Shown here: positions 27,134 to 40,834 of the stretch, one piece after another
How positions within the stretch are numbered: the first letter of the stretch is position 1
Layout of the letters: the number at the start of each line of letters is the position of its first letter
Assembly: GCA_951406725.2 (NCBI GenBank)
Contig: OX597818.1
Location: 13,268,001-13,332,000, forward strand
From: Octopus vulgaris
Lineage: Eukaryota
Length of the DNA: 64,000 nt
Direction of reading: 5' to 3'
Program-made: the position numbers and the translations under genes
The notes under the pieces: model-generated
What the model was told of the DNA's origin: nothing
The model's database searches: none
What the model saw: only the letters and a program-made list of their open reading frames with translations

Positions 27134-27351
27134 TCCTTTTGATGCGAACCTAGCTGAAACCGGCTCTGGCCCTGTAATAGAAATGTCTTGTTTTCATATG
27201 TTCTGAATTAAAGTCTTCGTCCAAACCTTAGTCTCAATTCATGTTCCTAACACTAGCTTACTAAGTAAGTTATTTTACTAAATTTTTTGTTATATTTAAA
27301 GTAATTGACAGAAATGAAGATCATCTCAACAGAAATATAGTAACGAAAGAG
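27134..27351. mobile_element. piggyBac-like MITE
   Basis: TTAA on both sides (27130-27133, 27352-27355) with imperfect TIRs TCCTTTTGATGC / GTAACGAAAGAG. Confidence 0.6.
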
Positions 27352-29009
27352 TTAAACTGTGATTTTGTGATGTGGACATCAATTCTTTGAAACTGACCTA
27401 AATTTGACCTGCTTCCCATTGCCTTTTATACAGATTCCGCACTGTGTTGCTGAAGCAGTAATATTGTTAGTGTAAATATTCTGCTCAATATTACAGTTTT
27501 GCTTGTCAGTTGCTTGACCGTAAGCACTTGAGCATGTCCTTTAGTAGCTCACAATATGAGCACCTCGAATCATGAGCAGGAGAAATGTGGAAGCCTCATA
27601 ACCGTGTGTTGACAGGAATTGTTTGTGGTTTGAATAAATGTAACACAAACAATATTTTGAAGAAAAAGTTTGTCATTTTTCATATTTTCTAGGATTAAGC
27701 AAATGGGAAATATCAGTTGCTACCGAAATACAAAAAGCGTGTTACACAGTGTAAGAAGTCATAAATATATCCAGATTAAAACCATGTTCATGTATGTATA
27801 TTCCGATATTCCGCTTCGATAAATGGAAGGAAGATTGCACGTGTCATCTGGCATACTAGAAATTACTCCTGCATTTCAATCTCTACCTGCCTCACTCTCT
27901 CTCTCAGTCCCTCTCTCTATCTCTCTTACCATATTTTACTGTTTAAAAAAGCGTGAGGAAAATAGATGTCTGTTCATTCTACACAGGTAAGATGAGCTTT
28001 TCACTATACCATCGATCATGGTATAGTTGGGTAATCTTTGTGAATTATTCTCTGGAGATCGGTGTATGACCGAAAATAATTATTTGTAAATAAGTACATA
28101 TACTGCACTTAGTAGTAAAGGAAGGGGGCAAATATTAAAACGAGAAATAATGGAAGTACAGGGTATTTATTTCATAAATACCGTGATCAGTACAGATTCT
28201 TTATTTTTAAATACAGCTCTAATGAAAATGAAATGAAGCTACACTATGTTCTGTATTATAACTTATCGAAAGAAATTATGAAACTAGACAAAGTTCGGTG
28301 ACATTTAGAAACGAAGTATATAAAAAAATAAACAAAAGGGTTGAAGAGTATTAAAGACAGCACGAAGTACCTTCACGAGAAAAATTAATATGTAAAAAAA
28401 TCAAAAAACATAGTAGCTATCTGTGAGTATAAAAAAAGTGATGTGTTTCCATTGGATAGTATGTCTTTATTGGCACAGTGTGGAATCCACACTCGAAAGC
28501 ATACAGCCTGCTGCCAATGACTTTCGAATAAACGGTGACAAAATAGCATGCGATTTTATCATTCCATTATCATACAACATTGTGAGGCAGCAAATAGAAG
28601 ATATGATTGTTAACGTTAACTTTAAGCTAGTAAACGACTTTATGTATGTTATTTATATTCTTTATCATTTCATGAAAATATCGGGCATTTCAATGTGGAT
28701 TTGCATACATTCATACGGTATGATCTTAACAGTGCAATTTTTTTGTTTCGTCAGTCATTACAAAAACATACAACCGCTGAATCTATTGTTAATACTCTGA
28801 AATATTTTAAAAATGAAAATAAGTTTGGGTCGATCGTATTTGAAACTATCAGTACTGATGAGCTCCTATAGGGTCTGAAAAATACAGAAGACATATCAAA
28901 TATTCAAGGTACCATATGATATGTCAGCACATAGATAAAAAAAGATAGCAGCATCAAGAAACATGTCAGAAAAATTGAAGACTGCATTAGAGAGGCAGGG
29001 CAAGTATTA

Positions 29010-30903
29010 TCGTAATATATAAAATCTGTCCTCTCTGTCTGTCTGTTTGTTCACTTATAACTTGAGTATTGTTCATCCGATCTCGCTGAAATTTTAACCA
29101 TCTAAAACGATTTTCAAAATCGTTCGTTTCAAAGTGAGAATTGCTATTTCTGTAATCGTTAATGTCTTGTGTGTTCCGCCATTAAAACAATCATTTGCTT
29201 AGACAGTCGGCACATACCATTTCGCTATCAAGAATGGGCGTACAGGATGGCAGTCAACGAAAACTGCCGCTGTGCTGTCTCTCTTCTTTCCTCCCTCCGT
29301 GGGGTTAATAATCTTCATCTTTAGTTACAGTTTCTCATTCAAACTACATAATAGGTAGGATTGTCGGATGAACACAGTAGGGTGTTTTGAGGGAGATTTG
29401 GATGCTATTTCTACCAGGTCTTACGACTGTATTATTATGTGACATACTGTCCTATATATCCGTTATACTTTCACAACCTAGTTACAAATTTTGACGTATG
29501 GGGTATCAAAAGATTCAGTACTATTTTGGCTACAAATTAAACTTAATTTCTATTCACATATTTGCATTTCAAATAATCTTTTCCATAAAACAGCTATCGT
29601 AAAAATTGTATACGATGACGTCACGTTTTCTATATGTGTGTGTACCTTAAAATACCTCAATCATCACGACACACACCTTCACTCACTCACTCTATCTCAC
29701 TTTCTCACCTTCTTTCTCTCTCACGTACACACGCGCGCGCCAACACGCACATACACATGTCCATTTCATATAGATTCACATACATCTTTCACTTTCTTTC
29801 TCTGTTCATTTCACTTTCTCTTCTTTCAATTTCTGATTTCTTCAAATAAAATTTTCACGGATACAACTGCTTACAAAAATATGGATTAATGTATAATTTC
29901 TTTCTATGTTCATAATTTTTTGTTTACAATATTTGGAAAAATATGCCACCAAAGAAAGGACCTAATCTCTCAAGAAACAAGTATAAAGCAAGGAGGATTG
30001 TAGACAACCGAAGGCAAGAGTCTGAAGAGAGAAGCTAGATGAGATTTTCTCAACATCAGCAAATGCATGTTGCAGCACTTAATGCTGATCATTAAATCAA
30101 TGTTTTAATGATTAGACAGAGGTCCAAAAGAATAGCTCACAGAAACAGACTACGTACAAATTCGTTCTTCACAAATCCTGAAGCTCTTTTCAGATATGAT
30201 CCATCCTATTCTTATAAAAATAATGACTCCGTCCAAATTAGAGTGCTAAGCACAAATTATCTTTTCTGTAAAGCTTTAAAATTTTCAAATGAAGCAAAGG
30301 GTATGTGCTGCTCAGGCGGTCAGGTAACATTGCCAGCACTACCAGTTCCTTCTCAACCGCTTATGGATCTTCTACAAGGCGTTTCCATTCAGTCAAAGGT
30401 TTCTTTGAACAATATCAGGCAATATAACTCTGCAAATGACATCGTTTGGTGCATATAAGAAGATAGATAAACATGAATTTACGACGACGTCAGAGTTCAA
30501 GGGCAAGTTTATCACATCATTGGTTCCCTGTTACCCAGAAATGAACAACCACGGTTCTTCCAAATTTACTTAATGGGTGATGTAGGACAACAAACCCGAA
30601 GGAGGTGTCAGCATTTCAGATGACGGGTCGTGTGAGACACAACACCGACTGCTGCAAAAGAGAGTATATCCACTGACAGCTTTTCGGTGCGTTAAAACAT
30701 CACATAGGCCCCACAGGTTAGGGCCTGAATGCTCCAAACGGATGCATAGCATGTTGCTTAGTCGAATTAGCCCATCATTTACTCCACAAATGTTTTGTTG
30801 TCACTGCTTCAATTTCCCATATCACCTGTTTCAACATAACTGCAATATATTATATACAAACTTTGCCATTTTCACCCCGAGCAACGCCGTGTGTCTCTGC
30901 TAG
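29010..30903 (+). mobile_element. Internally deleted Helitron with both termini
   Basis: A|TC..ATATATAAAA 5' end; 3' imperfect hairpin CCCGAGCAACGCCGTG then CTAG|T. Internal RepHel N-terminus MPPKK.., FRYDP..CKALKF..GMCCSGGQVTLP..NNIRQYNS and RVQGQVYHIIGSLLP..PRFFQIY. Confidence 0.88.
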
Positions 30904-31809
30904 TTTGTTATTAAAGCTTATTTATTAAATCCTTGCATTTTTATGATTTATTGTGGGCGATGCCATTGAACGAATGATTATGTATTCTTAAATGCGTTCT
31001 TCGTCTAATATTAAATTTTTCAGTTCCATATTTTAACCTTCAGGAGAGATGCGAAATGAAGTTGGTTGCTAATAAAATGGAGGCCATCTGAAGAGAGGTG
31101 TAATACTTTCCGGTACACTTGGACTTAGAAACGTCTTGTGGTGAGAGTTCTGAAGATTTAAGCCGCGTTGACATTCAAAATTTACAAATATATTCCTTTT
31201 CCAGTTACTATCTAATTTGTAAAATCTGTAAATTATTTACCGGCAAATGACAAAAATATTCTTGCTGAAATTCAGTGTGATACTACACTCTGATCAAGTT
31301 TATTGGGTACAGTTTAGGTAGGAGACTTTCGATTTCTTGTGAAAATGAGAAATTGACATACAAAAAATATTTCTTTCATTCTCAATATTTATGGCAGCAT
31401 GTTCCCTACCAGCACTTCTATACAGAAGCCAAATAAAGAAACTAGATATATGTGAAATTTGGAATCCAGGAAACATTAGCATCGATGTTACATCAACTGT
31501 CTCATTAAAGAAGTAAGAGGTTTATATAATTATATTTATTTAAATGCGTATTTACTTTCATATATATCTCTCAACTGAGTTATGGCACTGAGGACGCGAT
31601 TTTTCTATTAGTTATTAAAATTATTCGTTAAGTAAATAGGTCTTTCAGAAACCTACGTGTTTGAATTTCAATTCATTTAATGCAAGGTGTCTGTATTGTG
31701 GGAAATTCTGGAGCAACCTGCGCTATATAGAAAACCTGTTGTTAGATATGGCATCGAAATTGTCAGCTTGTAATACTTCATATTACCAGAAAAGTTCATA
31801 TGTTGTCTA

Positions 31810-32957
31810 TGAAGGAGTGATGCTCGTACTGTGAAACATTATATGCATTAATTTCAACACTACTCATTAATAACTGCATCGTTTCCTTATAGGCATACTG
31901 ACATCTGAGTGTTCAAAGAAGAGTTCAAAAGCAACTAGAGGCGAATTCTCTCGAAAATGGACATAATTTAGAATTGTGGTGTCATCAAGTACTTTCTGTA
32001 AAAGGGTTCAGCTCCTAAAGTCATTCATGCTGATATGGTTATTGCAATAGAAGATGACGATTCAACTTTCTCAAAAATGTGCAGCTGAATTAAAGAGGGA
32101 AAAGGGAGTTCTGGAGATGACCGCTGTGTGGGCATCCAGCAACTCTCACCATCGAGGTAAATATCGTGTTCACAACATATCCTGTGATAGAGTTTAACTT
32201 GACATGACGAATGTTTCTGCCACGTCATCTTGCACCTGTTCAAAAGCGCATCAGGTTGATGACATTCGGATCAATCTGACATTATTTGATGTAGATCCTC
32301 TTAGACGTTTCCTAATTAAGGATGGGTGTTGGAATTATCACTTTGTTCCAGAGACAAAACGAAAACCTATGCAGTGGAAACAACTCTCATCACCAGCCCC
32401 AAAATAGGTTAAGGTCTTTTCATGTACAGGAAAGGTGATAGTTACATTTTTGGAGATGCAAAAGACATTGTGTTTATTGACTATTTTTAAAAGGGATTTA
32501 ACATCAATGGAGAGTAATATGCTAACTTTCTGAGGCAGATACGAAAGAATATCCAGACCAAACGCCCAGGAAACCTCACGAATGGGGTCTTGTTTAAATA
32601 GGACAATGCTGCAGGACAGAGGTCGTTGGTTTCACTGACTGCCATGCGTGACTGTAACTTTGAACGGATTTACCACCCTCCTTATTCTCCAGAATTAGCC
32701 ACATATGACTATCATCTATTCCCCTACAGGAGTGACCATTTGGCTGGGGACCAGCATCGCATTAATGTTGACGTCATATTTTCCGCTCATGACATTTTGG
32801 GGCGAACAAGAGGAAACCTTCTTCACAAATGGTGTCCAAGCATTGCAACGCTGATAGAAGAAATTTGTGTACCGCAGGCGTGGGGGTGGGGACAGAACTG
32901 AAGGATCAACTTCATTTTGTCATATTCCATGAGAGTAAGTTGTTCACACGACACCCG
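31810..32957 (+). mobile_element. Mariner (DD34D) transposon, pseudogenised
   Basis: GVIKYF..IHADMV, PETKRKPMQWK..SPAPK, INGE.YANFL, DNA and HPPYSPELATYDYHLF (YSPDLAP.D motif). Right end ..CACACGACACCCG|TA; the left end is uncertain. Confidence 0.88.
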
Positions 32958-33808
32958 TATATCTATATCTTTTGACATGTACAGACAGGCTTTACTGAAA
33001 TAATTGACACATTCCTGCATATGTACTATTGAATTTATCAAAATTACATGAGAATAACACAGAATTTCCCTTGGTAATATACGAGGTCTTTTGTATGTTG
33101 TATACCTATATTTTGAGGTGATTAACGTTGTTGTGGCACAACATTGAAGGTTGATCTAATTACTGTGCATATTTGCGGGCTAAAATATTTTGTGCTTTAT
33201 GTGGTCTGTCCATGCATTTACTGATTTCATTAGAATCCAATCTGATTGTCGTATTTAACATATTGCCTGTGTACTAATCATAATTGGATCCTATATTATT
33301 TATGTTTTTTAACCTTGATATCTAGCGTAACTTCTATGTTATATTTATATGTGTAAGTGAGTTTTAGATGACTTAGGCGGTTTGCCATTGACATTTATAT
33401 TCCTACATTTATCAATCTCTCATCCGTTTTGCACCTCCTATATTTTTCATGCATAACTCTTTACATGTAATTTTTATTTATACGTAATTTTACATATATT
33501 TTTATATTTTTATATATTGTTATATTTCTTCTATATTTTATGTATGTTTAGTATAATTCTTTATACCCTAGGAGAAACTTCGTACTTGTACATGCATGAT
33601 TTATGCTGATGTGTATAAATACATATGATCCAACTACTATGATTGAATGTTTTCATTTATGCGTTCGGGAAACTCAATGCCTAAGATTTGCATTTTAAAA
33701 TTTCTCTACTCTCTATATTTTCGCATTGGCTCTCTATAAGCATTCAATAAACAACCCATACATTTGAAGACATATTTAATATGTATAAAAATATTTATAT
33801 ATATATAC

Positions 33809-33845
<37 letters not shown>

Positions 33846-34211
33846 TGTGTGTGTGTGTGAGTGTGTGTATGCAAAATATAGATGAATAACAAACTAGATT
33901 CGCTATTACAACTTGCGTAATTACTTACGTAAGTAGTAATAGCGAAACTACATTGTGATTAATCTATATTTTGTTTCTTTCCATTCGTCTTGCTCGCTTA
34001 CATTCTGGCGCTTGCAAAAATTTCTTGAGAACTTTCCTTTCTTAGTGGTAAGACCATAGCGGATCTATTTCTAGCATAATGGATGTCCACATAGTGTCTC
34101 ATATGTATGCAATATCATTTTTCTGAATCTTCATATTTTAACATACTTGACCACTGGTTTGAAACTGATATTAACAAATTAATATTTAATTTTTCATCCT
34201 TATTATTTCAA

Positions 34212-34242
<31 letters not shown>

Positions 34243-34441
34243 TGCTAGACACTATGAGGATATTTAGACTACTTCTAGGGATATTTTTATCCAAGATACA
34301 TTGGTTTAATATATTATATTTTGAAGAGATATTCCTTGAATGAATATATTATATGAAATATCATAAAACATCAAATATTATTGAGTTTGAAAACGGAGAG
34401 ATGTAATGGATATAAAGCAATTTATTAATTAATTAAGATCC

Positions 34442-34531
34442 ACACCTACAATTGTTTCATTTCTCAACCAACATTAAAGCTACAAAACATATATAGATAT
34501 ATAATCTTTCATTTTAAAATCATCAGGGTGT
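34442..34531 (-). ncRNA. Minimal type-I hammerhead ribozyme motif
   Basis: ACACC-CUGAUGA-(long stem II)-GAAA-CAAUUG-UA-GGUGU: intact core, perfect 5-bp stem I, palindromic stem III. The base of stem II is imperfect. Confidence 0.78.
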
Positions 34532-34611
34532 ACAAAATAACAATGCAAGGATTACATTATGATCCGTTGGAATACTACAATATACTCAGATTTTTGTATT
34601 GTCCTTTTGTA

Positions 34612-34715
34612 CATCCTGATGATTTTCCACCCAAGGTATCTTAGAATGCAAGATTATATATTTATACATGTTTTGTAGATATAATTTTGGTTTAGAAAAG
34701 AAATAATTGTAGGTG
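34612..34715 (+). ncRNA. Minimal type-I hammerhead ribozyme motif (inverted partner)
   Basis: CAUC-CUGAUGA-UUUUC..GAAAA-GAAA-UAAUUG-UA-GGUG. Confidence 0.72.
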
Positions 34716-34795
34716 AAGATGTTAATCAATTAATAAATTAATTTGTATCCATTAGATCTCTCCGTGTTGAAACTTAATAATAATATCATACACAT

Positions 34796-34845
<50 letters not shown>

Positions 34846-36176
34846 TGTATATTTCTATAATCTCGCCACGCGGGATAAAAATTTCTTTGTATATAGTGAA
34901 AAGTTTCGCTTGAGAGATTTTTGTCCCGCGTGGTGAGATGTAGTAAAAATATGAAAGATAGAAAAATGCATAGAATGTGTATATTTTTCTCTATCTAACC
35001 ACCCCATCTACAAATACTCGAAATTTTGACGCACAAACCCAAAAACAATGTGGCAGATAAGCATCATTCAAACTTTACCTATGCTCACCAGGGACCTCAA
35101 CTTGAACCACCTTATACAAACCTATACATTAATCAAATAAAAAAAACAAACTAAATCACTAAAACGTATACTGGAAGGTTCAGAATTTCAAGTCAAGCAA
35201 GGACAGAGTGTCACAACAAAGACTGATTTCATTCGTGGATCCGAAAATTTGATTTATGTCTTTAAGTTCTAGACACAATTATAAAGGCCAAACAAGGATG
35301 TCCCTTAGATGGAGAACTACACTTCACAAAGAACAGATTCTTTTTTCAAGCTACAAACATACCATTAAGCGAACATATAGGGAGATATGCGATGAATCTC
35401 CAAACAAGCGTCACAGCTTTCTAGATTCGCTAGTGCAAGGAAACTATTTCTATACAACAACGATTAAATATTTTGATTCTTGACCAACTGTGCACATATT
35501 TTAATACATAAGTGTATAACTTAGTAGTATAAATACTATCAATTCACTAACAAATAGTAATTTCCTTCCTTTCGATATATATCAGCTCGCAGCACTACCT
35601 ACCTAGACCGTGAGATGCAAGCATCTCGGAGTAGTTTTCTCCTCTTCGGTCATGCGCCACACAGAACTGCCATTCACTGCATGGGAAATGGAAAAGTATA
35701 TGAGAATTAGTCTCTTCAATCAGCAAGCGCAAACGGTTGACAATGTAAATGTTTTATCTCATAGGAAATATATACATTCTGTACATTTTCCTTCTTTTAA
35801 TATTTTTTACCATATACATACATATACACACATACGTACACACTTACATCCATACATGCATTTACATATATACACGCGTGCACATAGATGTCTATGTATC
35901 CACGTGTGTTATTGGGAAATAATCTGCCAGTTCATATGAAGAAAATTTCAAGACAAGTTTGAATCGTTTAAAACATTGATTCTGCCTGACCTTACGGACT
36001 GTATGGTGGTAACATAAATGGTCAAAATAACAGCAGAAACATACAGCATAAATATTGGGAGTTATCTAGAGACACATACTATTGCAACATTATATATTTA
36101 CATATCTTTTAGGAGTTTTAATTACATGCGTCCAAATTTTGCGCGTTTCTAGATATAGTAAGTAAATAACTTCAGT

Positions 36177-36550
36177 CATTACCCCCGCCTTAGCGAAGAC
36201 GGAGGTGTTGTTTACAGTCGCGTTTTACTTTTTTGTCCGTGGATAGGGTATCTCAAAAGCCGTTGAATGGATTCGGATAAAACTTTCAGGGATGTTTGGC
36301 CTTGTGACAGGCACGCCCTGATTAGATTTTGGGATCGATCGGGTACTGAACAAGGATTTTGGATTATTTTTCCTCTTATTTTTACTTATTCTTTGAGAGC
36401 GGTCGTCTTCATCTTTTAGTATTCTCGTTTGTGACAGCAGTCAAGTTTATTTCAGATATTCTCATATCAAACATCCTCTCTGGCTAATCATTGAGAGGAT
36501 GTTGCTGTTGCTTTGGAGGAGGTTTGCGCTGTCTTAGTGCTCTTATTATT
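36177..36550 (+). mobile_element. Non-autonomous Helentron-associated (HINE/DINE-like) element
   Basis: 5' ATTACCCCCGCCTTAGCGAAGACGGAGGT palindrome, core ATCTCAAAAGCC..GGATTCGGATAAAACTTT..GATTAGATTTTGG, 3' subTIR TTGGAGGAGGT and hairpin GCGCT..AGTGC. Confidence 0.75.
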
Positions 36551-39243
36551 AGATATATTCATATATAATTCTTATATGATCTTTAATTCTTATATGATCT
36601 TTGCTTAATATTTCATCGTGTTTGGATGATTGTAGGGTACTTGTATCAGCACATGATTTACGCAATTGAATTTTCGAAGTAAATTTAAATGAAATGGATT
36701 TTATTTTGCTTGATGGCGAGTTCTGCCAGAACGTTCACCTATCTGCTTATATCGATAATTGCAGAGGAATACCCTTCTCAGGCAAACTCCAGTGTCAAGT
36801 ATGATGATGTTCTGAATGATTTGTAAACCTCTCTCAGTTACTTATAAAAACGTTAAAATGGAATGATTTCTGAAAACAAATCTGGAATTTCGAAGCAACA
36901 ATACTATTTATGTTAGAAACTTAGAGTAAATATAAGTGTTTATGATGATATCAATCAGTTTAATATGTTCTTATAATATCATAAATTATATAAGCTTTAA
37001 ATGTGTTTTACTAGCGTAAAGTGGTAGAATATTCGGGAATAGTTACACAGAGAATTTCAACACCAGATTCTCAATGAAAAACTTAAACCATTGTTCATTA
37101 ACAATGTCATTTGTTAATCACCAACGAGAAATGAGAATTATGTGAATATTCAGTAGATGAATAGATGTATGAATTTTTAAAATAAAATGCTGAATTCATA
37201 TGTCTTGCTTTATGTCTAGCTAATGACTTCTAAAAGAGCGATATATTGCTACGGGGGATTGAAAAATACTAGTCTTCGAAATTCGCGAACAATAATTCAA
37301 TGTGTATATTCTGTATATATCCTTTTAATTTCAAAGTGAAATTTGTAACCCCCGCAAATATGACGAAGAAATTAAATCCTTCCTTGTACAGTTTATGCTA
37401 TACTGGACTCCATACTTTCTGTATATAACTGGAAAAGAATTATGGTATTCTTGTTTTTTTTTTCGGTAACATACACAAAATGGGAAGAGAAAGCGAGATA
37501 GAGAGATAGATTGATAGATAGATAGACAGGGAAAGACAATGAGTGAGGGGAAGAAAGAAATAGAGGGAGAGGGAGTTCAGGAAAAAGCGAAGTCTGTGTC
37601 TGAGGAAAGGAAGAAATTCACAGCTTAAACTATTTTAGATCAGACATTTTTGGGTTAAGCACATAGTGGCACGCGTATTCACACGTGCATACATATAAAT
37701 ATGTACGTATACACACTCATTCACATATATAAATATGTATGTATACACACACACAAACCCACGCACGCAGACACACACACACACACATACACACACACAC
37801 ACGCACGTATGAGTTTTATAGGGTCTTCTCAAAAGGATGGCGTGTTTGATTTGGCAGCCACTATTTCAAGCCGTTAAATGTGAATTACCCATTATGATCG
37901 AAATATGGTAAAAGAAGCAAAGAATATATGTTCTGAATTTGAACAAAAATTGTTTTGCTTTAGTTTCTTTTAATTGTAATTCTACTTTGTTAAGGTTGAC
38001 ATGAGGTTGGCCAAAACCAAATAGTTCGCAAACTATGAACCTTCGCATACTAATATAATTTATTTATTTATTTATTGCTAAATATTTTGGTATAATATGT
38101 GAACGTGAAATTATATGCAGCATTGCCAGCATATATCTCAAGAGATGCCTGCGGAACATATTTCTAGAGCGGGAATCGAGTTAAAAACTAGTGAAATAAA
38201 TATTAAAATGTTTTTATATGCTCAGACAGAAATTATTTTTTCCGAAGTTATAGGTTAAGTGGATGGCGTAAGCAGTGTTATATAAGAGTAAAATAAATTT
38301 AGTTGAAATTCAATTATGCAAGTATAGAACTGTGAACAGGAATGCAATTGACAATGTGAACTTGCTCACGGCTATATTACACGTATATCTAAGAATATCA
38401 ATTATCTGTTGATGTAACCTCCACCAAAACCAGCTTGAACTGTACTAGACATGTATTATCATTTCGTTAGAGTCGTGTCAAAATCAATATTTCATCTCTA
38501 TTACCATCTTTTCGAATTGCAAATCGTTTCACAGATATGAAATTAATACTGAAATTCATACGATTGTAAGTCTTATGATGATTAACTTCATCTTCAGATT
38601 GGATGTTTACAAAATGTCTGCGTTACATATCAGTTTCCTGAATTTTTTTATCATACTAAGATGTTTTGATGCAGTGGTTTGAACAGTAGTGATACAGCAT
38701 CGAACAAAATGCTCTGCGGTTTTTAGTTAAGGAGTTTTGTCGAGTTCAACAGAATCCGTACAAAAGAGTAATAATCAAGTACATGTCTCGATTTAATCGA
38801 CTAGAGATCATCCCACAAGATTCTGGACTTTCAACTATATGAGACATGTACGCAGCAAATTGCTACAGATGTAGTTGTTGGCAAACTGGAAGATAATTAG
38901 GAGCGATAATTTCTACTCAAACTGTGGAAGTTACGTAGCGAAGAGCTCAACAAAAGTTGTAGAGAGGTGAAGCTAAAACAGGGTCAGGAACAATTAAAAA
39001 ACTATGTGAACTGAAAGTCCATCAATGTATACCCACACACATTTGCCTGTCTGCTACTATCTCAGGTTTCACTAGAAAATACTCTCCAGCTGAATCTGAC
39101 ATTGATACCATGATGCTCTGAATGATAAAATATATTCATAATTGCTACCGACAAAAGGCCAAATGGATATCTGCATTCACATTCCTTACGTTGCGAAAGA
39201 AATATTAACTGTTAATGATTATATTTATCAAATAAATAATAAC

Positions 39244-39325
<82 letters not shown>

Positions 39326-40779
39326 CTTACACATATATGTGTGCATGTGTGTGTCTATTTGTGTGCTACAATTGTCCTGTCGTCAAATGCACTGCGAGTT
39401 TATGAAGCATCAAAGCAATGGAAGAAATCACTGATACATGTCTGCAATAGAGCGAATATATGCCCTCGTAGAGTAATGCATTATGTGAGTGAAATTAGAA
39501 ACGGCTGGAATGTCTATATTGAGAATATCGTCCATGTACATTCGCACATATATACACGCATACATGCATCCATACACATACATATATTCATACATACATG
39601 CATACATACATACATATATACATACATACATACGTACGTACATTCGTAAATACATACATAAATATATATGCAGGCACACGTACATACATGCATATATGCA
39701 TATATATATGTATTTATATTGTTACAAATTCGGGCTTTTACCAATAGGACCACAACTTCAATTTCAGGACAACCTTATTTACTGGAGTACACAGGAAATT
39801 ATATCCAAAATACTAATCTAATAATATAAGCATTTTAAAGCCTACTATAACATATGATAAAAATAAAGTACATTAGATATAGGGTCGTCCAGCAGCTTCG
39901 CTCTTGACCCAGAACAGCACTACTTCAACCAGCTAATTGGTGTCGGCCTCTGTGTTCAGTCTGAGGCCGTGTGGGAAGATGAATAGGGGCATAACGTCGC
40001 CATCACTAGTGATCACTCCAAACACCCTTTGGCCTTTTGAAATACACGAACAACTAATTTTTGACAGCTGAGTGAATAAAAGTGTCTTGCTCAAGAACAC
40101 AACGAGTCACCGGGAATTGAACGCACGGCCTTTCTACCGTGAACCGAAAGCTCTAACACATATACATACCAACACACATACACACACATGTATGTATGCA
40201 TGTATGTATTTTATGTATGTATATATGTATATATACAAAACATTCAAACACTGAGATTTGAAATCAGATGTCACTAATTTTCATATCATCTGTGGATAAA
40301 TACTTAAATTGATGATATCACCAGCAGTGACATAGATGGATCGCAGGCGCAATACCATTAAATAGCTATAAATTATAAATGTGTACGAAGCGTTAGGATG
40401 CTTAAACAAGCATCCACCTGCTACAAATAAGGGCTAAAGTCTTAAATGTATCCACTGTACCGCACCGAGATTACAGGGATGCGAGGAAAACAAAGGATTA
40501 AAACAAAGACACATACACAAAGACACACACATACATACACATACACACGCATATATATATATATATAATATAATATTTAAATAACAATAATAATATCTTA
40601 ATGAATATTACAATATTTATAATAATAATATCTTTATGAATATTCACACCTGAATACTGTCTCCTGATTAAAACTTTTGCACTGAGGCGATTTTGCTTTT
40701 GACGCAAAACAAATCAGAACGAAGCCAGAGTTTCCAGAGTTTCAACGTGACGTGTTTTGAATTTTCTTGTCTCTGCAAA

Positions 40780-40834
40780 TCGTGCTGAAGATATTTGAGA
40801 TTCATGAGCCGAAAATTGAAACCATGGTACATGA
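40780..40834 (+). ncRNA. Minimal type-I hammerhead ribozyme motif
   Basis: UCGUG-CUGAAGA-uAUUU..AAAUu-GAAA-CCAUGG-UA-CAUGA. Confidence 0.68.

Noticed and set aside
27460-27640. Possible U3 snoRNA-like boxes
   Set aside because: Only short chance-level matches; more likely an interspersed repeat.
28850-28890. CUGAUGA..GAAA hammerhead candidate
   Set aside because: Stem II is weak, and there is no palindromic stem III or stem I pairing.
38520-38600. Minus-strand CUGAAGA..GAAACG candidate
   Set aside because: Lacks a proper UH cleavage site and has extra unpaired bases; at best a decayed relic.
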